Shown: piece after piece, positions 48,801 to 63,800 of the stretch | How positions within the stretch are numbered: position 1 is the stretch's first letter | Layout: every line of letters starts with the position of its first letter | Assembly (NCBI GenBank): GCA_030141605.1 | Contig: JAQGDQ010000023.1 | Location: forward strand, 1,157,747 to 1,221,746 | DNA length: 64,000 nt | From: Tubiluchus corallicola | Taxonomy: Eukaryota; Animalia; Priapulida | Direction of reading: 5' to 3' | Position numbers and translations under genes: made by a program | Notes under the pieces: generated by a model | What the model saw: only the letters and a program-made list of their open reading frames with translations | What the model was told of the DNA's origin: nothing | The model's database searches: none

Positions 48801-51800
48801 GCCTGCAGAAGTCTTTTGCCGGGATACTTGAGATCGGCAGTGCATTTCTGCAGATTTCTCCTGATCATGTACACGAGAGTGAGAATAGAGCTGCTATTAC
48901 CAGATGCTTACGTTTGGTCATATATGTCCTTTGAGAAGCTGATTGAGGCTGTCTGCGTATGTCTCTGTTAAGACGCTTAGTATTGCCTGTAGCAGTCTTT
49001 TGCCAGATACTTGAGACTGGTAGTACATTTTTTGTATCCAGATTTTTGACATTGCTTTAAGTCAGTTCTGACTATATGTTTTAATTTGTTTTCCAAGCCT
49101 TAGAACCAAACGCTTCAGTCTGGCTATGCATGCCTTGTGACAAGCTAATTGAGGCTATCTGTGTGTGTGTCTCTGTTAAGACGCTTGACTTTGCTTGTAG
49201 AAGTCTTTTGCCGGGATACTTGAAATCGGCAGTGCATTTCTGCAGATCTCTCCTGATCAGGTACATGAGAGTGAGAATAGAACTGCTATTACCAGATGTT
49301 TACGTTTGTTCATATATGTCCTCTGAGAAGCTGATTGAGGCTGTCTGTGTATGTCTCTGTTAAGGTGCTTAGTATTGCCTGTAGAAGTATTTTGTCATAT
49401 ACTTGAGATTAGCAGGATATGTTTTCTGTCCAGATATGTCCTCTGAGAAGCTGATTGAGGATATCTGTGTATGTCTCTGCCGAATTGCCTTTAGAAATCT
49501 TCTGCCATATACTTGGGATTAGCAGTACATTTTTTCTGTCTAGATGTTTTAGACTGCTTTAGATAAGTTGTGATAGATGCTTTAATTCGTTTTGCAACTC
49601 TTAGAACCAGACGCTTAAGTTTGGCTATGCATGTCTTGTTGCAAGCTGATTGAGGCTGTCTGTGTGTGTGTCTCTGTTAAGATGCTTGGCATTGCCTGTA
49701 GAAGTCTTCTGCCATGTACTTGAAATTAGCAGTATATGTTTTCTGTCCAGATGTTTGGAATTGCTTTAGTTGAGTTCTGACTAGATGTTTTAAATCGTTT
49801 TCCAAGCTTTAGAACCAGACGCTCAAGTTTGGCTATGCATGTCTTGTGACAAGCTGATTGAGGCTATCTGTGTGTGTGTCTCTGTTAAGATGCTTGGCAT
49901 TGCCTGTAGAAGTCTTTTGCCGGGATACTTGAGACAGGCAGTGCATTTCTGCAGATTTCTCCTGATCAGATCATGTACCTACATGAGAGTGAGAATAGAG
50001 CTGCTATTACCAGATGCGTACGTTTGTTCATATATGTGCTCTGAGAAGCTGATTGAGGCTGTCTGTGTATGTGTCTCTGTTAAGATGCTTGGTATTGCCT
50101 GTAGAAGTCTTCTGCCATATACCTGAAATTAGCAGTACATTTCTTCTGTTCAGATGATTGGGACTGCTCTAGATGAGTTCTGACTAGATGTTTTAAATCG
50201 TTTTCCAAGCTTTAGAACCAGATGCTTACGTTTGGTCATATATGTCCTCTGAGAAGCTGATTGTCTGTGTGTGTCTCTGTTAAGACGCTTAGTATTGCCT
50301 GTAGAAGTCTTTTGCCGGGATACTTGAGATCGGCAGTGCATTTCTGCAGATTTCTCCATATCAGGTACACGAGAGTGAGAATAAAGCTGCTATTACCAGA
50401 TGCTTACGTTTGTTCATATATGTTCTCTGAGAAGCTGATTGAGGCTGTCTGTGTATGTCTCTGTTAAGGTGCTTAGTATTGCCTGTAGAAGTCTTCTGCC
50501 ATATACCTGAAATTAGCAGAATATGTTTTCTGTCCAGATGTTTGAGATTGCTTAGATGAGTTCTGATTATATGTTTTAAATCGTTTTCCAAGCTTTAGAA
50601 CCAGACGCTCAAGTTTGGCTATGCATGTCTTGTGACAAGCTAATTGCGGCTATCTGTGTGGGTGTCTCTGTTAAGATGCTTGGCATTGCCTGTAGAAGTC
50701 TTCTGCCATATACCTGAAATTAGCAGTACATTTCTTCTGTTCAGATGATTGGGACTGCTCTAGATGAGTTCTGACTAGATGTTTTAAACCGTTTTCCAAG
50801 CTTTAGAACCAGACGCTCAAGTTTGGCTATGCATGTCTTGTGACAAGCTAATTGAGGCTATCTGTGTGTGTGTCTCTGTTAAGACGCTTGACTTTGCCTG
50901 TAGAAGTCTTTTGCCGGGATACTTGAGATCGGCAGTGCATTTCTGCAGATTTCTCCTGATCAGGTACACGAGAGTGAGAATAAAGCTGCTATTACCAGAT
51001 GCTTACGTTTGTTCATATATGTCCTCTGAGAAGCTGATTGAGGCTGTCTGTGTATGTCTCTGTTAAGGTGCTTAGTATTGCCTGTAGAAGTGTTTTGCCA
51101 TATACTTGAAATTAGCGGAATATGTTTTCTGTCCAGATGTTTGAGATTGCTTAGATGAGTTCTGATTAGATGTTTTTATTTGTTTTCCAAGCCTTAGAAC
51201 CAAACGCTTCAGTCTGGCTATGCATGTCTTGTTACAAGCTGATTGAGGCTATCTGTGTGGGTGTCTCTGTTAAGATGCTTGGCATTGCCTGTAGAAGTCT
51301 TCTGCCATATACCTGAAATTAGCAGTACATTTCTTCTGTTCAGATGATTGGGACTGCTCTAGATGAGTTCAGACTAGATGTTTTAAATCGTTTTCAAAGC
51401 TTTAGAACCAAACGCTTCAGTCTGGCTATGCATGTCTTGTTACAAGCTAGTTGAGGCTATCTGTGTGTATGTGTGTCTCTGTTAAGATGCTTGGCATTGT
51501 TTGTAGAAGTCTTCTGTTATATACTTGAAATTAGCTGTACATTTCTTCTGTTCAGATGATTGGGACTGCTCTAGATGAGTTCTGACCAGATGTTTTAAAT
51601 CGTTTTCCAAGCTTTAGAACCAGACGCTCAAGTTTGGCTATGCATGTCTTGTGACAAGCTAATTGCGGCTATCTCTGTGTGTGTGCCCCTGTTAAGATGC
51701 TTGACTTTGCCTGCAGAAGTCTTTTGCCGGGATACTTGAGATCGGCAGTGCATTTCTGCAGATTTCTCCTGATCATGTACACGAGAGTGAGAATAGAGCT

Positions 51801-54800
51801 GCTATTACCAGATGCTTACGTTTGTTCATATATGTCCTCTGAGAAGCTGATTGAGGCTGTCTGTGTATGTCTCTGTTAAGGTGCTTAGTATTGCCTGTAG
51901 AAGTCTTTTGCCATATACTTGAGATTAGCAGAATATGTTTTCTGTCCAGATGTTTGAGATTGCTTAGATGAGTTCTGATTAGATGTTTTAAATCGTTTTC
52001 CAAGCTTTAGAACCAGACGCTCAAGTTTGGCTATGCATGTCTTGTGACAAGCTAATTGCGGCTATCTGTGTGGGTGTCTCTGTTAAGATGCTTGGCATTG
52101 CCTGTAGAAGTCTTCTGCCATATACCTGAAATTAGCAGTACATTTCTTCTGTTCAGATGATTGGGACTGCTCTAGATGAGTTCTGACTAGATGTTTTAAA
52201 CCGTTTTCCAAGCTTTAGAACCAGACGCTCAAGTTTGGCTATGCATGTCTTGTGACAAGCTAATTGAGGCTATCTGTGTGTGTGTCTCTGTTAAGACGCT
52301 TGACTTTGCCTGTAGAAGTCTTTTGCCGGGATACTTGAGATCGGCAGTGCATTTCTGCAGATTTCTCCTGATCATGTACACTAGAGTGAGAATAGAGCTG
52401 CTATTACCAGATGCTTACGTTTGTTCATATATGTCCTCTGAGAAGCTGATTGAGGCTGTCTGTGTATGTCTCTGTTAAGGTGCTTAGTATTGCCTGTAGA
52501 AGTGTTTTGCCATATACTTGAAATTAGCGGAATATGTTTTCTGTCCAGATGTTTGAGATTGCTTAGATGAGTTCTGATTAGATGTTTTTATTTGTTTTCC
52601 AAGCCTTAGAACCAAACGCTTCAGTCTGGCTATGCATGTCTTGTTACAAGCTGATTGAGGCTATCTGTGTGGGTGTCTCTGTTAAGATGCTTGGCATTGC
52701 CTGTAGAAGTCTTCTGCCATATACCTGAAATTAGCAGTACATTTCTTCTGTTCAGATGATTGGGACTGCTCTAGATGAGTTCAGACTAGATGTTTTAAAT
52801 CGTTTTCAAAGCTTTAGAACCAAACGCTTCAGTCTGGCTATGCATGTCTTGTTACAAGCTAGTTGAGGCTATCTGTGTGTATGTGTGTCTCTGTTAAGAT
52901 GCTTGGCATTGTTTGTAGAAGTCTTCTGTTATATACTTGAAATTAGCTGTACATTTCTTCTGTTCAGATGATTGGGACTGCTCTAGATGAGTTCTGACTA
53001 GATGTTTTAAATCGTTTTCCAAGCTTTAGAACCAGACGCTCAAGTTTGGCTATGCATGTCTTGTGACAAGCTAATTGCGGCTATCTCTGTGTGTGTGCCC
53101 CTGTTAAGATGCTTGACTTTGCCTGCAGAAGTCTTTTGCCGGGATACTTGAGATCGGCAGTGCATTTCTGCAGATTTCTCCTGATCATGTACACGAGAGT
53201 GAGAATAGAGCTGCTATTACCAGATGCTTACGTTTGGTCATATATGTCCTTTGAGAAGCTGATTGAGGCTGTCTGCGTATGTCTCTGTTAAGACGCTTAG
53301 TATTGCCTGTAGCAGTCTTTTGCCAGATACTTGAGACTGGTAGTACATTTTTTGTATCCAGATTTTTGACATTGCTTTAAGTCAGTTCTGACTATATGTT
53401 TTAATTTGTTTTCCAAGCCTTAGAACCAAACGCTTCAGTCTGGCTATGCATGCCTTGTGACAAGCTAATTGAGGCTATCTGTGTGTGTGTCTCTGTTAAG
53501 ACGCTTGACTTTGCCTGTAGAAGTCTTTTGCCGGGATACTTGAGATCGGCAGTGCATTTCTGCAGATTTCTCCTGATCAGGTACACGAGAGTGAGAATAG
53601 AGCTGCTATTACCAGATGCTTACGTTTGTTCATATATGTCCTTTGAGAAGCTGATTGAGGCTGTCTGTGTATGTCTCTGTTAAGGTGCTTAGTATTGCCT
53701 GTAGAAGTCTTTTGTCATATACTTGAGATTAGCAGGATATGTTTTCTGTCCAGATATGTCCTCTGAGAAGCTGATTGAGGATATCTGTGTATGTCTCTGT
53801 TAAGACGCTCAGTATTGCCTGTAGAAGTCTTTTGCCACATACTTGAGATTAGCAGGATATGTTTTCTGTCCAGATGTTTGAGATTGCTTTAGATGAGTTC
53901 TGATTAGATGTTTTTATTTGTTTTCCAAGCTTTAGAACCAAACGTTTCAGTCTGGCTATGCATGTCTTGTGACAAGCTAGTTGAGGTTATCTGTATGTGT
54001 GTGTCTCTGTTAAGACGCTCAGTATTGCCTGTAGAAGTCTTTTGCCACATACCTGAAATTAGCAGTACATTTCTTTTGTTCAGATGATTGGGACTGCTCT
54101 AGATGAGTTCTGACTAGATGTTTTAAATCGTTTTCCAAGCTTTAGAACCAGATGCTTACGTTTGGTCATATATGTCCTCTGAGAAGCTGATTGTCTGTGT
54201 ATGTCTCTGTAAAGACGCTTAGTATTGCCTGTAGAAGTCTTTTGCCGGGATACTTGAGATCGGCAGTGCATTTCTGCAGATTTCTCCATATCAGGTACAC
54301 GAGAGTGAGAATAAAGCTGCTATTACCAGATGCTTACGTTTGTTCATATATGTCCTCTGAGAAGCTGATTGAGGCTGTCTGTGTATGTCTCTGTTAAGGT
54401 GCTTAGTATTGCCTGTAGAAGTGTTTTGCCATATACTTGAAATTAGCGGAATATGTTTTCTGTCCAGATGTTTGAGATTGCTTAGATGAGTTCTGATTAG
54501 ATGTTTTTATTTGTTTTCCAAGCCTTAGAACCAAACGCTTCAGTCTGGCTATGCATGTCTTGTTACAAGCTGATTGAGGCTATCTGTGTGGGTGTCTCTG
54601 TTAAGATGCTTGGCATTGCCTGTAGAAGTCTTCTGCCATATACCTGAAATTAGCAGTACATTTCTTCTGTTCAGATGATTGGGACTGCTCTAGATGAGTT
54701 CAGACTAGATGTTTTAAATCGTTTTCAAAGCTTTAGAACCAAAAGCTTCAGTCTGGCTATGCATGTCTTGTTACAAGCTAGTTGAGGCTATCTGTGTGTA

Positions 54801-57800
54801 TGTGTGTCTCTGTTAAGATGCTTGGCATTGTTTGTAGAAGTCTTCTGTTATATACTTGAAATTAGCTGTACATTTCTTCTGTTCAGATGATTGGGACTGC
54901 TCTAGATGAGTTCTGACCAGATGTTTTAAATCGTTTTCCAAGCTTTAGAACCAGACGCTCAAGTTTGGCTATGCATGTCTTGTGACAAGCTAATTGCGGC
55001 TATCTCTGTGTGTGTGCCCCTGTTAAGATGCTTGACTTTGCCTGCAGAAGTCTTTTGCCGGGATACTTGAGATCGGCAGTGCATTTCTGCAGATTTCTCC
55101 TGATCATGTACACGAGAGTGAGAATAGAGCTGCTATTACCAGATGCTTACGTTTGGTCATATATGTCCTTTGAGAAGCTGATTGAGGCTGTCTGCGTATG
55201 TCTCTGTTAAGACGCTTAGTATTGCCTGTAGCAGTCTTTTGCCAGATACTTGAGACTGGTAATACATTTTTTGTATCCAGATTTTTGACATTGCTTTAAG
55301 TCAGTTCTGACTATATGTTTTAATTTGTTTTCCAAGCCTTAGAACCAAACGCTTCAGTCTGGCTATGCATGTCTTGTGACAAGCTAATTGAGGCTATCTG
55401 TGTGTGTGTCTCTGTTAAGACGCTTGACTTTGCTTGTAGAAGTCTTTTGCCGGGATACTTGAAATCGGCAGTGCATTTCTGCAGATCTCTCCTGATCAGG
55501 TACATGAGAGTGAGAATAGAACTGCTATTACCAGATGTTTACGTTTGTTCATATATGTCCTCTGAGAAGCTGATTGAGGCTGTCTGTGTATGTCTCTGTT
55601 AAGGTGCTTAGTATTGCCTGTAGAAGTCTTTTGCCATATACTTGAGATTAGCAGAATATGTTTTCTGTCCAGATGTTTGAGATTGCTTAGATGAGTTCTG
55701 ATTAGATGTTTTAAATCGTTTTCCAAGCTTTAGAACCAGACGCTCAAGTTTGGCTATGCATGTCTTGTGACAAGCTAATTGAGGCTATCTGTGTGTGTAT
55801 GTCTCTGTAAAGACGCTTAGTATTGCCTGTAGAAGTCTTTTGCCGGGATACTTGAGATCGGCAGTGCATTTCTGCAGATTTCTCCTGATCAGGTACACGA
55901 GAGTGAGAATAAAGCTGCTATTACCAGATGCTTACGTTTGTTCATATATGTTCTCTGAGAAGCTGATTGAGGCTGTCTGTGTATGTCTCTGTTAAGGTGC
56001 TTAGTATTGCCTGTAGAAGTCTTTTGCCATATACTTGAAATTAGCAGAATATGTTTTCTGTCCAGATGTTTGAGATTGCTTAGATGAGTTCTGATTAGAT
56101 GTTTTAAATCGTTTTCCAAGCTTTAGAACCAAACGCTTCAGTCTGGCTATGCATGTCTTGTTACAAGCTGATTGAGGCTATCTGTGTGGGTGTCTCTGTT
56201 AAGATGCTTGGCATTGCCTGTAGAAGTCTTCTGCCATATACCTGAAATTAGCAGTACATTTCTTCTGTTCAGATGATTGGGACTGCTCTAGATGAGTTCA
56301 GACTAGATGTTTTAAATCGTTTTCCAAGCTTTAGAACCAGACGCTCAAGTTTGGCTATGCATGTCTTGTGACAAGCTAATTGCGGCTATCTCTGTGTGTG
56401 TGCCCCTGTTAAGATGCTTGACTTTGCCTGCAGAAGTCTTTTGCCGGGATACTTGAGATCGGCAGTGCATTTCTGCAGATTTCTCCTGATCATGTACACG
56501 AGAGTGAGAATAGAGCTGCTATTACCAGATGCTTACGTTTGGTCATATATGTCCTTTGAGAAGCTGATTGAGGCTGTCTGCGTATGTCTCTGTTAAGACG
56601 CTTAGTATTGCCTGTAGCAGTCTTTTGCCAGATACTTGAGACTGGTAGTACATTTTTTGTATCCAGATTTTTGACATTGCTTTAAGTCAGTTCTGACTAT
56701 ATGTTTTAATTTGTTTTCCAAGCCTTAGAACCAAACGCTTCAGTCTGGCTATGCATGCCTTGTGACAAGCTAATTGAGGCTATCTGTGTGTGTGTCTCTG
56801 TTAAGACGCTTGACTTTGCTTGTAGAAGTCTTTTGCCGGGATACTTGAAATCGGCAGTGCATTTCTGCAGATCTCTCCTGATCAGGTACATGAGAGTGAG
56901 AATAGAACTGCTATTACCAGATGTTTACGTTTGTTCATATATGTCCTCTGAGAAGCTGATTGAGGCTGTCTGTGTATGTCTCTGTTAAGGTGCTTAGTAT
57001 TGCCTGTAGAAGTATTTTGTCATATACTTGAGATTAGCAGGATATGTTTTCTGTCCAGATATGTCCTGTGAGAAGCTGATTGAGGATATCTGTGTATGTC
57101 TCTGCCGAATTGCCTTTAGAAATCTTCTGCCATATAATTGGGATTAGCAGTACATTTTTTCTGTCTAGATGTTTTAGACTGCTTTAGATAAGTTGTGATA
57201 GATGCTTTAATTCGTTTTGCAACTCTTAGAACCAGACGCTTAAGTTTGGCTATGCATGTCTTGGATCAAGCTAATTGAGGCTATCTGTGTGTGTGTCTCT
57301 GTTAAGATGCTTGGCATTGCCTGTAGAAGTCTTCTGCCATGTACTTGAAATTAGCAGTATATGTTTTCTGTCCAGATGTTTGGAATTGCTTTAGTTGAGT
57401 TCTGACTAGATGTTTTAAATCGTTTTCCAAGCTTTAGAACCAGACGCTCAAGTTTGGCTATGCATGTCTTGTGACAAGCTAATTGAGGCTATCTGTGTGT
57501 GTGTGTCTGTTAAGACGCTTGACTTTGCCTGTAGAAGTCTTTTGCCGGGATACTTGAGACAGGCAGTGCATTTCTGCAGATTTCTCCTGATCAGATCATG
57601 TACGTACATGAGAGTGAGAATAGAGCTGCTATTACCAGATGCGTACATTTGTTCATGTATGTCCTCTGAGAAGCTGATTGAGGCTGTCTGTGTATGTCTC
57701 TATTAAGGCGCTTAGTATTGCCTGTAGAAGTCTTTTGCCATATACTTGAGACTGGTAGTACATTTTTTGTATCCAGATTTTTGACATTGCTTTAAGTCAG

Positions 57801-60800
57801 TTCTGACTATACGTTTTAATTTGTTTTCCAAGCCTTAGAACCAAACGCTTCAGTCTGGCTATGCATGCCTGGTGACAAGCTAATTGCGGCTATCTGTGTG
57901 TGTGTGTCTCTGTTAAGATGCTTGGCATTGCCTGTAGAAGTCTTCTGCCATATATTTGAGATTAGCAGTATATGTTTTCTGTCCAGATGTTTGGAATTGC
58001 TTTAGATGAGTTCTGACTAGATGTTTTAAATCGTTTTCCAAGCTTTAGAACCAAACGCTCAAGTTTGGCTATGCATGTCTTGGTATGAGCTAATTGAGGG
58101 TGCCTGTGTATGTCTCTGTTAAGACGCTTAGCATTGACGGTAGAAGTCTCCTGCCATATACTTGAAATTAACAGTACATTTCTTCTGTTCAGATGACAGG
58201 GACTGCTCTAGATGAGTTCTGACTAGATGTTTTAAATCGTTATCCAAGCTTTAGAACCAGACGCTCAAGTTTGGCTATGCATGTCTTGTGACAAGCTAAT
58301 TGAGGCTATCTGTGTATGTCTCTGTTAAGACGCTTGACTTTGCCTGTAGAAGTCTTTTGCCATATACTTGAGATTAGCGGAATATGTTTTCTGTCCAGAT
58401 TTTTGAGATTGCTTAGATGAGTTCTGATTAGATGTTTTTATTTGTTTTCCAAGCATTAGATCCAAACGCTTCAGTCTGGCTATGCATGTCTTGTGACAAG
58501 CTAATTGAGGCTATCTGTGTGTGTGTCTCTGTTAAGACGCTTAGCATTGCCTGTAGCAGTCTTTTGCCAGATACCTGAAATTAGCAGTACATTTCTTCTG
58601 TTCAGATGATTGGGACTGCTCTAGATGAGTTCTGACTAGATGTTTTAAACCGTTTTCCAAGCTTTAGAACCAAACGCTTCTTCAGTCTGGCTATGCATGT
58701 CTTGTGACAAGCTGATTGAGGCTGTCTGTGTATGTCTCTATTAAGGCGCTTAGTATTGCCTGTAGAAGTCTTTTGCCATATACTTGAGACTGGTAGTACC
58801 TTTTTTGTATCCAGATTTTTGACATTGCTTTAAGTCAGTTCTGACTATATGTTTTAATTTGTTTTCCAAGCCTTAGAACCAAACGCTTCTTCAGTCTGGC
58901 TATGCATGCCTGGTGACAAGCTAATTGCGGCTATCTGTGTGTGTGTCTCTGTTAAGATGCTTGGCATTGCCTGTAGAAGTCTTCTGCCATATATTTGAGA
59001 TTAGCAGTATATGTTTTCTGTCCAGATGTTTGGAATTGCTTTAGTTGAGTTCTGACTAGATGTTTTAAATCGTTTTCCAAGCTTTAGAACCAGACGCTCA
59101 AGTTTGGCTATGCATGTCTTGTGACAAGCTAATTGAGGCTATCTGTGTGTGTATGTCTCTGTAAAGACGCTTAGTATTGCCTGTAGAAGTCTTTTGCCGG
59201 GATACTTGAGATCGGCAGTGCATTTCTGCAGATTTCTCCATATCAGGTACACGAGAGTGAGAATAAAGCTGCTATTACCAGATGCTTACGTTTGTTCATA
59301 TATGTTCTCTGAGAAGCTGATTGAGGCTGTCTGTGTATGTCTCTGTTAAGGTGCTTAGTATTGCCTGTAGAAGTCTTTTGCCATATACTTGAAATTAGCA
59401 GAATATGTTTTCTGTCCAGATGTTTGAGATTGCTTAGATGAGTTCTGATTAGATGTTTTAAATCGTTTTCCAAGCTTTAGAACCAGACGCTTCAGTCTGG
59501 CTATGCATGTCTTGTTACAAGCTGATTGAGGCTATCTGTGTGGGTGTCTCTGTTAAGATGCTTGGCATTGCCTGTAGAAGTCTTCTGCCATATACCTGAA
59601 ATTAGCAGTACATTTCTTCTGTTCAGATGATTGGGACTGCTCTAGATGAGTTCTGACTAGATGTTTTAAATCGTTTTCCAAGCTTTAGAACCAGACGCTC
59701 AAGTTTGGCTATGCATGTCTTGTGACAAGCTAATTGAGGCTATCTGTGTGTGTATGTCTCTGTAAAGACGCTTAGTATTGCCTGTAGAAGTCTTTTGCCG
59801 GGATACTTGAGATCGGCAGTGCATTTCTGCAGATTTCTCCATATCAGGTACACGAGAGTGAGAATAAAGCTGCTATTACCAGATGCTTACGTTTGTTCAT
59901 ATATGTTCTCTGAGAAGCTGATTGAGGCTGTCTGTGTATGTCTCTGTTAAGGTGCTTAGTATTGCCTGTAGAAGTCTTTTGCCATATACTTGAAATTAGC
60001 AGAATATGTTTTCTGTCCAGATGTTTGAGATTGCTTAGATGAGTTCTGATTAGATGTTTTTATTTGTTTTCCAAGCCTTAGAACCAAACGCTTCAGTCTG
60101 GCTATGCATGTCTTGTTACAAGCTGATTGAGGCTATCTGTGTGGGTGTCTCTGTTAAGATGCTTGGCATTGCCTGTAGAAGTCTTCTGCCATATACCTGA
60201 AATTAGCAGTACATTTCTTCTGTTCAGATGATTGGGACTGCTCTAGATGAGTTCTGACTAGATGTTTTAAACCGTTTTCCAAGCTTTAGAACCAGACGCT
60301 CAAGTTTGGCTATGCATGTCTTGTGACAAGCTAATTGAGGCTATCTGTGTGTGTGTCTCTGTTAAGACGCTTGACTTTGCCTGTAGAAGTCTTTTGCCGG
60401 GATACTTGAGATCGGCAGTGCATTTCTGCAGATTTCTCCTGATCAGGTACACGAGAGTGAGAATAAAGCTGCTATTACCAGATGCTTACGTTTGTTCATA
60501 TATGTCCTCTGAGAAGCTGATTGAGGCTGTCTGTGTATGTCTCTGTTAAGGTGCTTAGTATTGCCTGTAGAAGTGTTTTGCCATATACTTGAAATTAGCG
60601 GAATATGTTTTCTGTCCAGATGTTTGAGATTGCTTAGATGAGTTCTGATTAGATGTTTTTATTTGTTTTCCAAGCCTTAGAACCAAACGCTTCAGTCTGG
60701 CTATGCATGTCTTGTTACAAGCTGATTGAGGCTATCTGTGTGGGTGTCTCTGTTAAGATGCTTGGCATTGCCTGTAGAAGTCTTCTGCCATATACCTGAA

Positions 60801-63800
60801 ATTAGCAGTACATTTCTTCTGTTCAGATGATTGGGACTGCTCTAGATGAGTTCAGACTAGATGTTTTAAATCGTTTTCAAAGCTTTAGAACCAAACGCTT
60901 CAGTCTGGCTATGCATGTCTTGTGACAAGCTAATTGAGGCTATCTGTGTGTGTGTCTCTGTTAAGACGCTTGACTTTGCCTGTAGAAGTCTTTTGCCGGG
61001 ATACTTGAGATCGGCAGTGCATTTCTGCAGATTTCTCCTGATCAGGTACACGAGAGTGAGAATAAAGCTGCTATTACCAGATGCTTACGTTTGTTCATAT
61101 ATGTCCTCTGAGAAGCTGATTGAGGCTGTCTGTGTATGTCTCTGTTAAGGTGCTTAGTATTGCCTGTAGAAGTCTTTTGCCATATACTTGAGACTGGTAG
61201 TACCTTTTTTGTATCCAGATTTTTGACATTGCTTTAAGTCAGTTCTGACTATATGTTTTAATTTGTTTTCCAAGCCTTAGAACCAAACGCTTCTTCAGTC
61301 TGGCTATGCATGCCTGGTGACAAGCTAATTGCGGCTATCTGTGTGTGTGTCTCTGTTAAGATGCTTGGCATTGCCTGTAGAAGTCTTCTGCCATATATTT
61401 GAGATTAGCAGTATATGTTTTCTGTCCAGATGTTTGGAATTGCTTTAGTTGAGTTCTGACTAGATGTTTTAAATCGTTTTCCAAGCTTTAGAACCAGACG
61501 CTCAAGTTTGGCTATGCATGTCTTGTGACAAGCTAATTGAGGCTATCTGTGTGTGTATGTCTCTGTAAAGACGCTTAGTATTGCCTGTAGAAGTCTTTTG
61601 CCGGGATACTTGAGATCGGCAGTGCATTTCTGCAGATTTCTCCATATCAGGTACACGAGAGTGAGAATAAAGCTGCTATTACCAGATGCTTACGTTTGTT
61701 CATATATGTCCTCTGAGAAGCTGATTGAGGCTGTCTGTGTATGTCTCTGTTAAGGTGCTTAGCATTGCCTGTAGAAGTCTTTTGCCATATACTTGAAATT
61801 AGCAGAATATGTTTTCTGTCCAGATGTTTGAGATTGCTTAGATGAGTTCTGATTAGATGTTTTAAATCGTTTTCCAAGCTTTAGAACCAAACGCTTCAGT
61901 CTGGCTATGCATGTCTTGTTACAAGCTGATTGAGGCTATCTGTGTGGGTGTCTCTGTTAAGATGCTTGGCATTGCCTGTAGAAGTCTTCTGCCATATACC
62001 TGAAATTAGCAGTACATTTCTTCTGTTCAGATGATTGGGACTGCTCTAGATGAGTTCTGACTAGATGTTTTAAACCGTTTTCCAAGCTTTAGAACCAGAC
62101 GCTCAAGTTTGGCTATGCATGTCTTGTGACAAGCTAATTGAGGCTATCTGTGTGTGTGTCTCTGTTAAGACGCTTGACTTTGCCTGTAGAAGTCTTTTGC
62201 CGGGATACTTGAGATCGGCAGTGCATTTCTGCAGATTTCTCCTGATCAGGTACACGAGAGTGAGAATAAAGCTGCTATTACCAGATGCTTACGTTTGTTG
62301 ATATATGTCCTCTGAGAAGCTGATTGAGGCTGTCTGTGTATGTCTCTGTTAAGGTGCTTAGTATTGCCTGTAGAAGTGTTTTGCCATATACTTGAAATTA
62401 GCGGAATATGTTTTCTGTCCAGATGTTTGAGATTGCTTAGATGAGTTCTGATTAGATGTTTTTATTTGTTTTCCAAGCTTTAGAACCAAACGCTTCAGTC
62501 TGGCTATGCATGTCTTGTTACAAGCTGATTGAGGCTATCTGTGTGGGTGTCTCTGTTAAGATGCTTGGCATTGCCTGTAGAAGTCTTCTGCCATATACCT
62601 GAAATTAGCAGTACATTTCTTCTGTTCAGATGATTGGGACTGCTCTAGATGAGTTCAGACTAGATGTTTTAAATCGTTTTCAAAGCTTTAGAACCAAAAG
62701 CTTCAGTCTGGCTATGCATGTCTTGTTACAAGCTAGTTGAGGCTATCTGTGTGTATGTGTGTCTCTGTTAAGATGCTTGGCATTGTTTGTAGAAGTCTTC
62801 TGTTATATACTTGAAATTAGCTGTACATTTCTTCTGTTCAGATGATTGGGACTGCTCTAGATGAGTTCTGACCAGATGTTTTAAATCGTTTTCCAAGCTT
62901 TAGAACCAGACGCTCAAGTTTGGCTATGCATGTCTTGTGACAAGCTAATTGCGGCTATCTCTGTGTGTGTGCCCCTGTTAAGATGCTTGACTTTGCCTGC
63001 AGAAGTCTTTTGCCGGGATACTTGAGATCGGCAGTGCATTTCTGCAGATTTCTCCTGATCATGTACACGAGAGTGAGAATAGAGCTGCTATTACCAGATG
63101 CTTACGTTTGGTCATATATGTCCTTTGAGAAGCTGATTGAGGCTGTCTGCGTATGTCTCTGTTAAGACGCTTAGTATTGCCTGTAGCAGTCTTTTGCCAG
63201 ATACTTGAGACTGGTAGTACATTTTTTGTATCCAGATTTTTGACATTGCTTTAAGTCAGTTCTGACTATATGTTTTAATTTGTTTTCCAAGCCTTAGAAC
63301 CAAACGCTTCAGTCTGGCTATGCATGCCTTGTGACAAGCTAATTGAGGCTATCTGTGTGTGTGTCTCTGTTAAGACGCTTGACTTTGCTTGTAGAAGTCT
63401 TTTGCCGGGATACTTGAAATCGGCAGTGCATTTCTGCAGATCTCTCCTGATCAGGTACATGAGAGTGAGAATAGAACTGCTATTACCAGATGTTTACGTT
63501 TGTTCATGTATGTCCTCTGAGAAGCTGATTGAGGCTGTCTGTGTATGTCTCTATTAAGGCGCTTAGTATTGCCTGTAGAAGTCTTTTGCCATATACTTGA
63601 GACTGGTAGTACATTTTTTGTATCCAGATTTTTGACATTGCTTTAAGTCAGTTCTGACTATACGTTTTAATTTGTTTTCCAAGCCTTAGAACCAAACGCT
63701 TCAGTCTGGCTATGCATGCCTGGTGACAAGCTAATTGCGGCTATCTGTGTGTGTGTGTCTCTGTTAAGATGCTTGGCATTGCCTGTAGAAGTCTTCTGCC

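Noticed and set aside
40778-63557. Dozens of near-identical 60-95 aa ORFs (MSCDKLIEAICVCV...)
   Set aside because: They are incidental translations of the satellite monomers. Monomer lengths do not preserve frame, and there is no domain similarity or gene structure.
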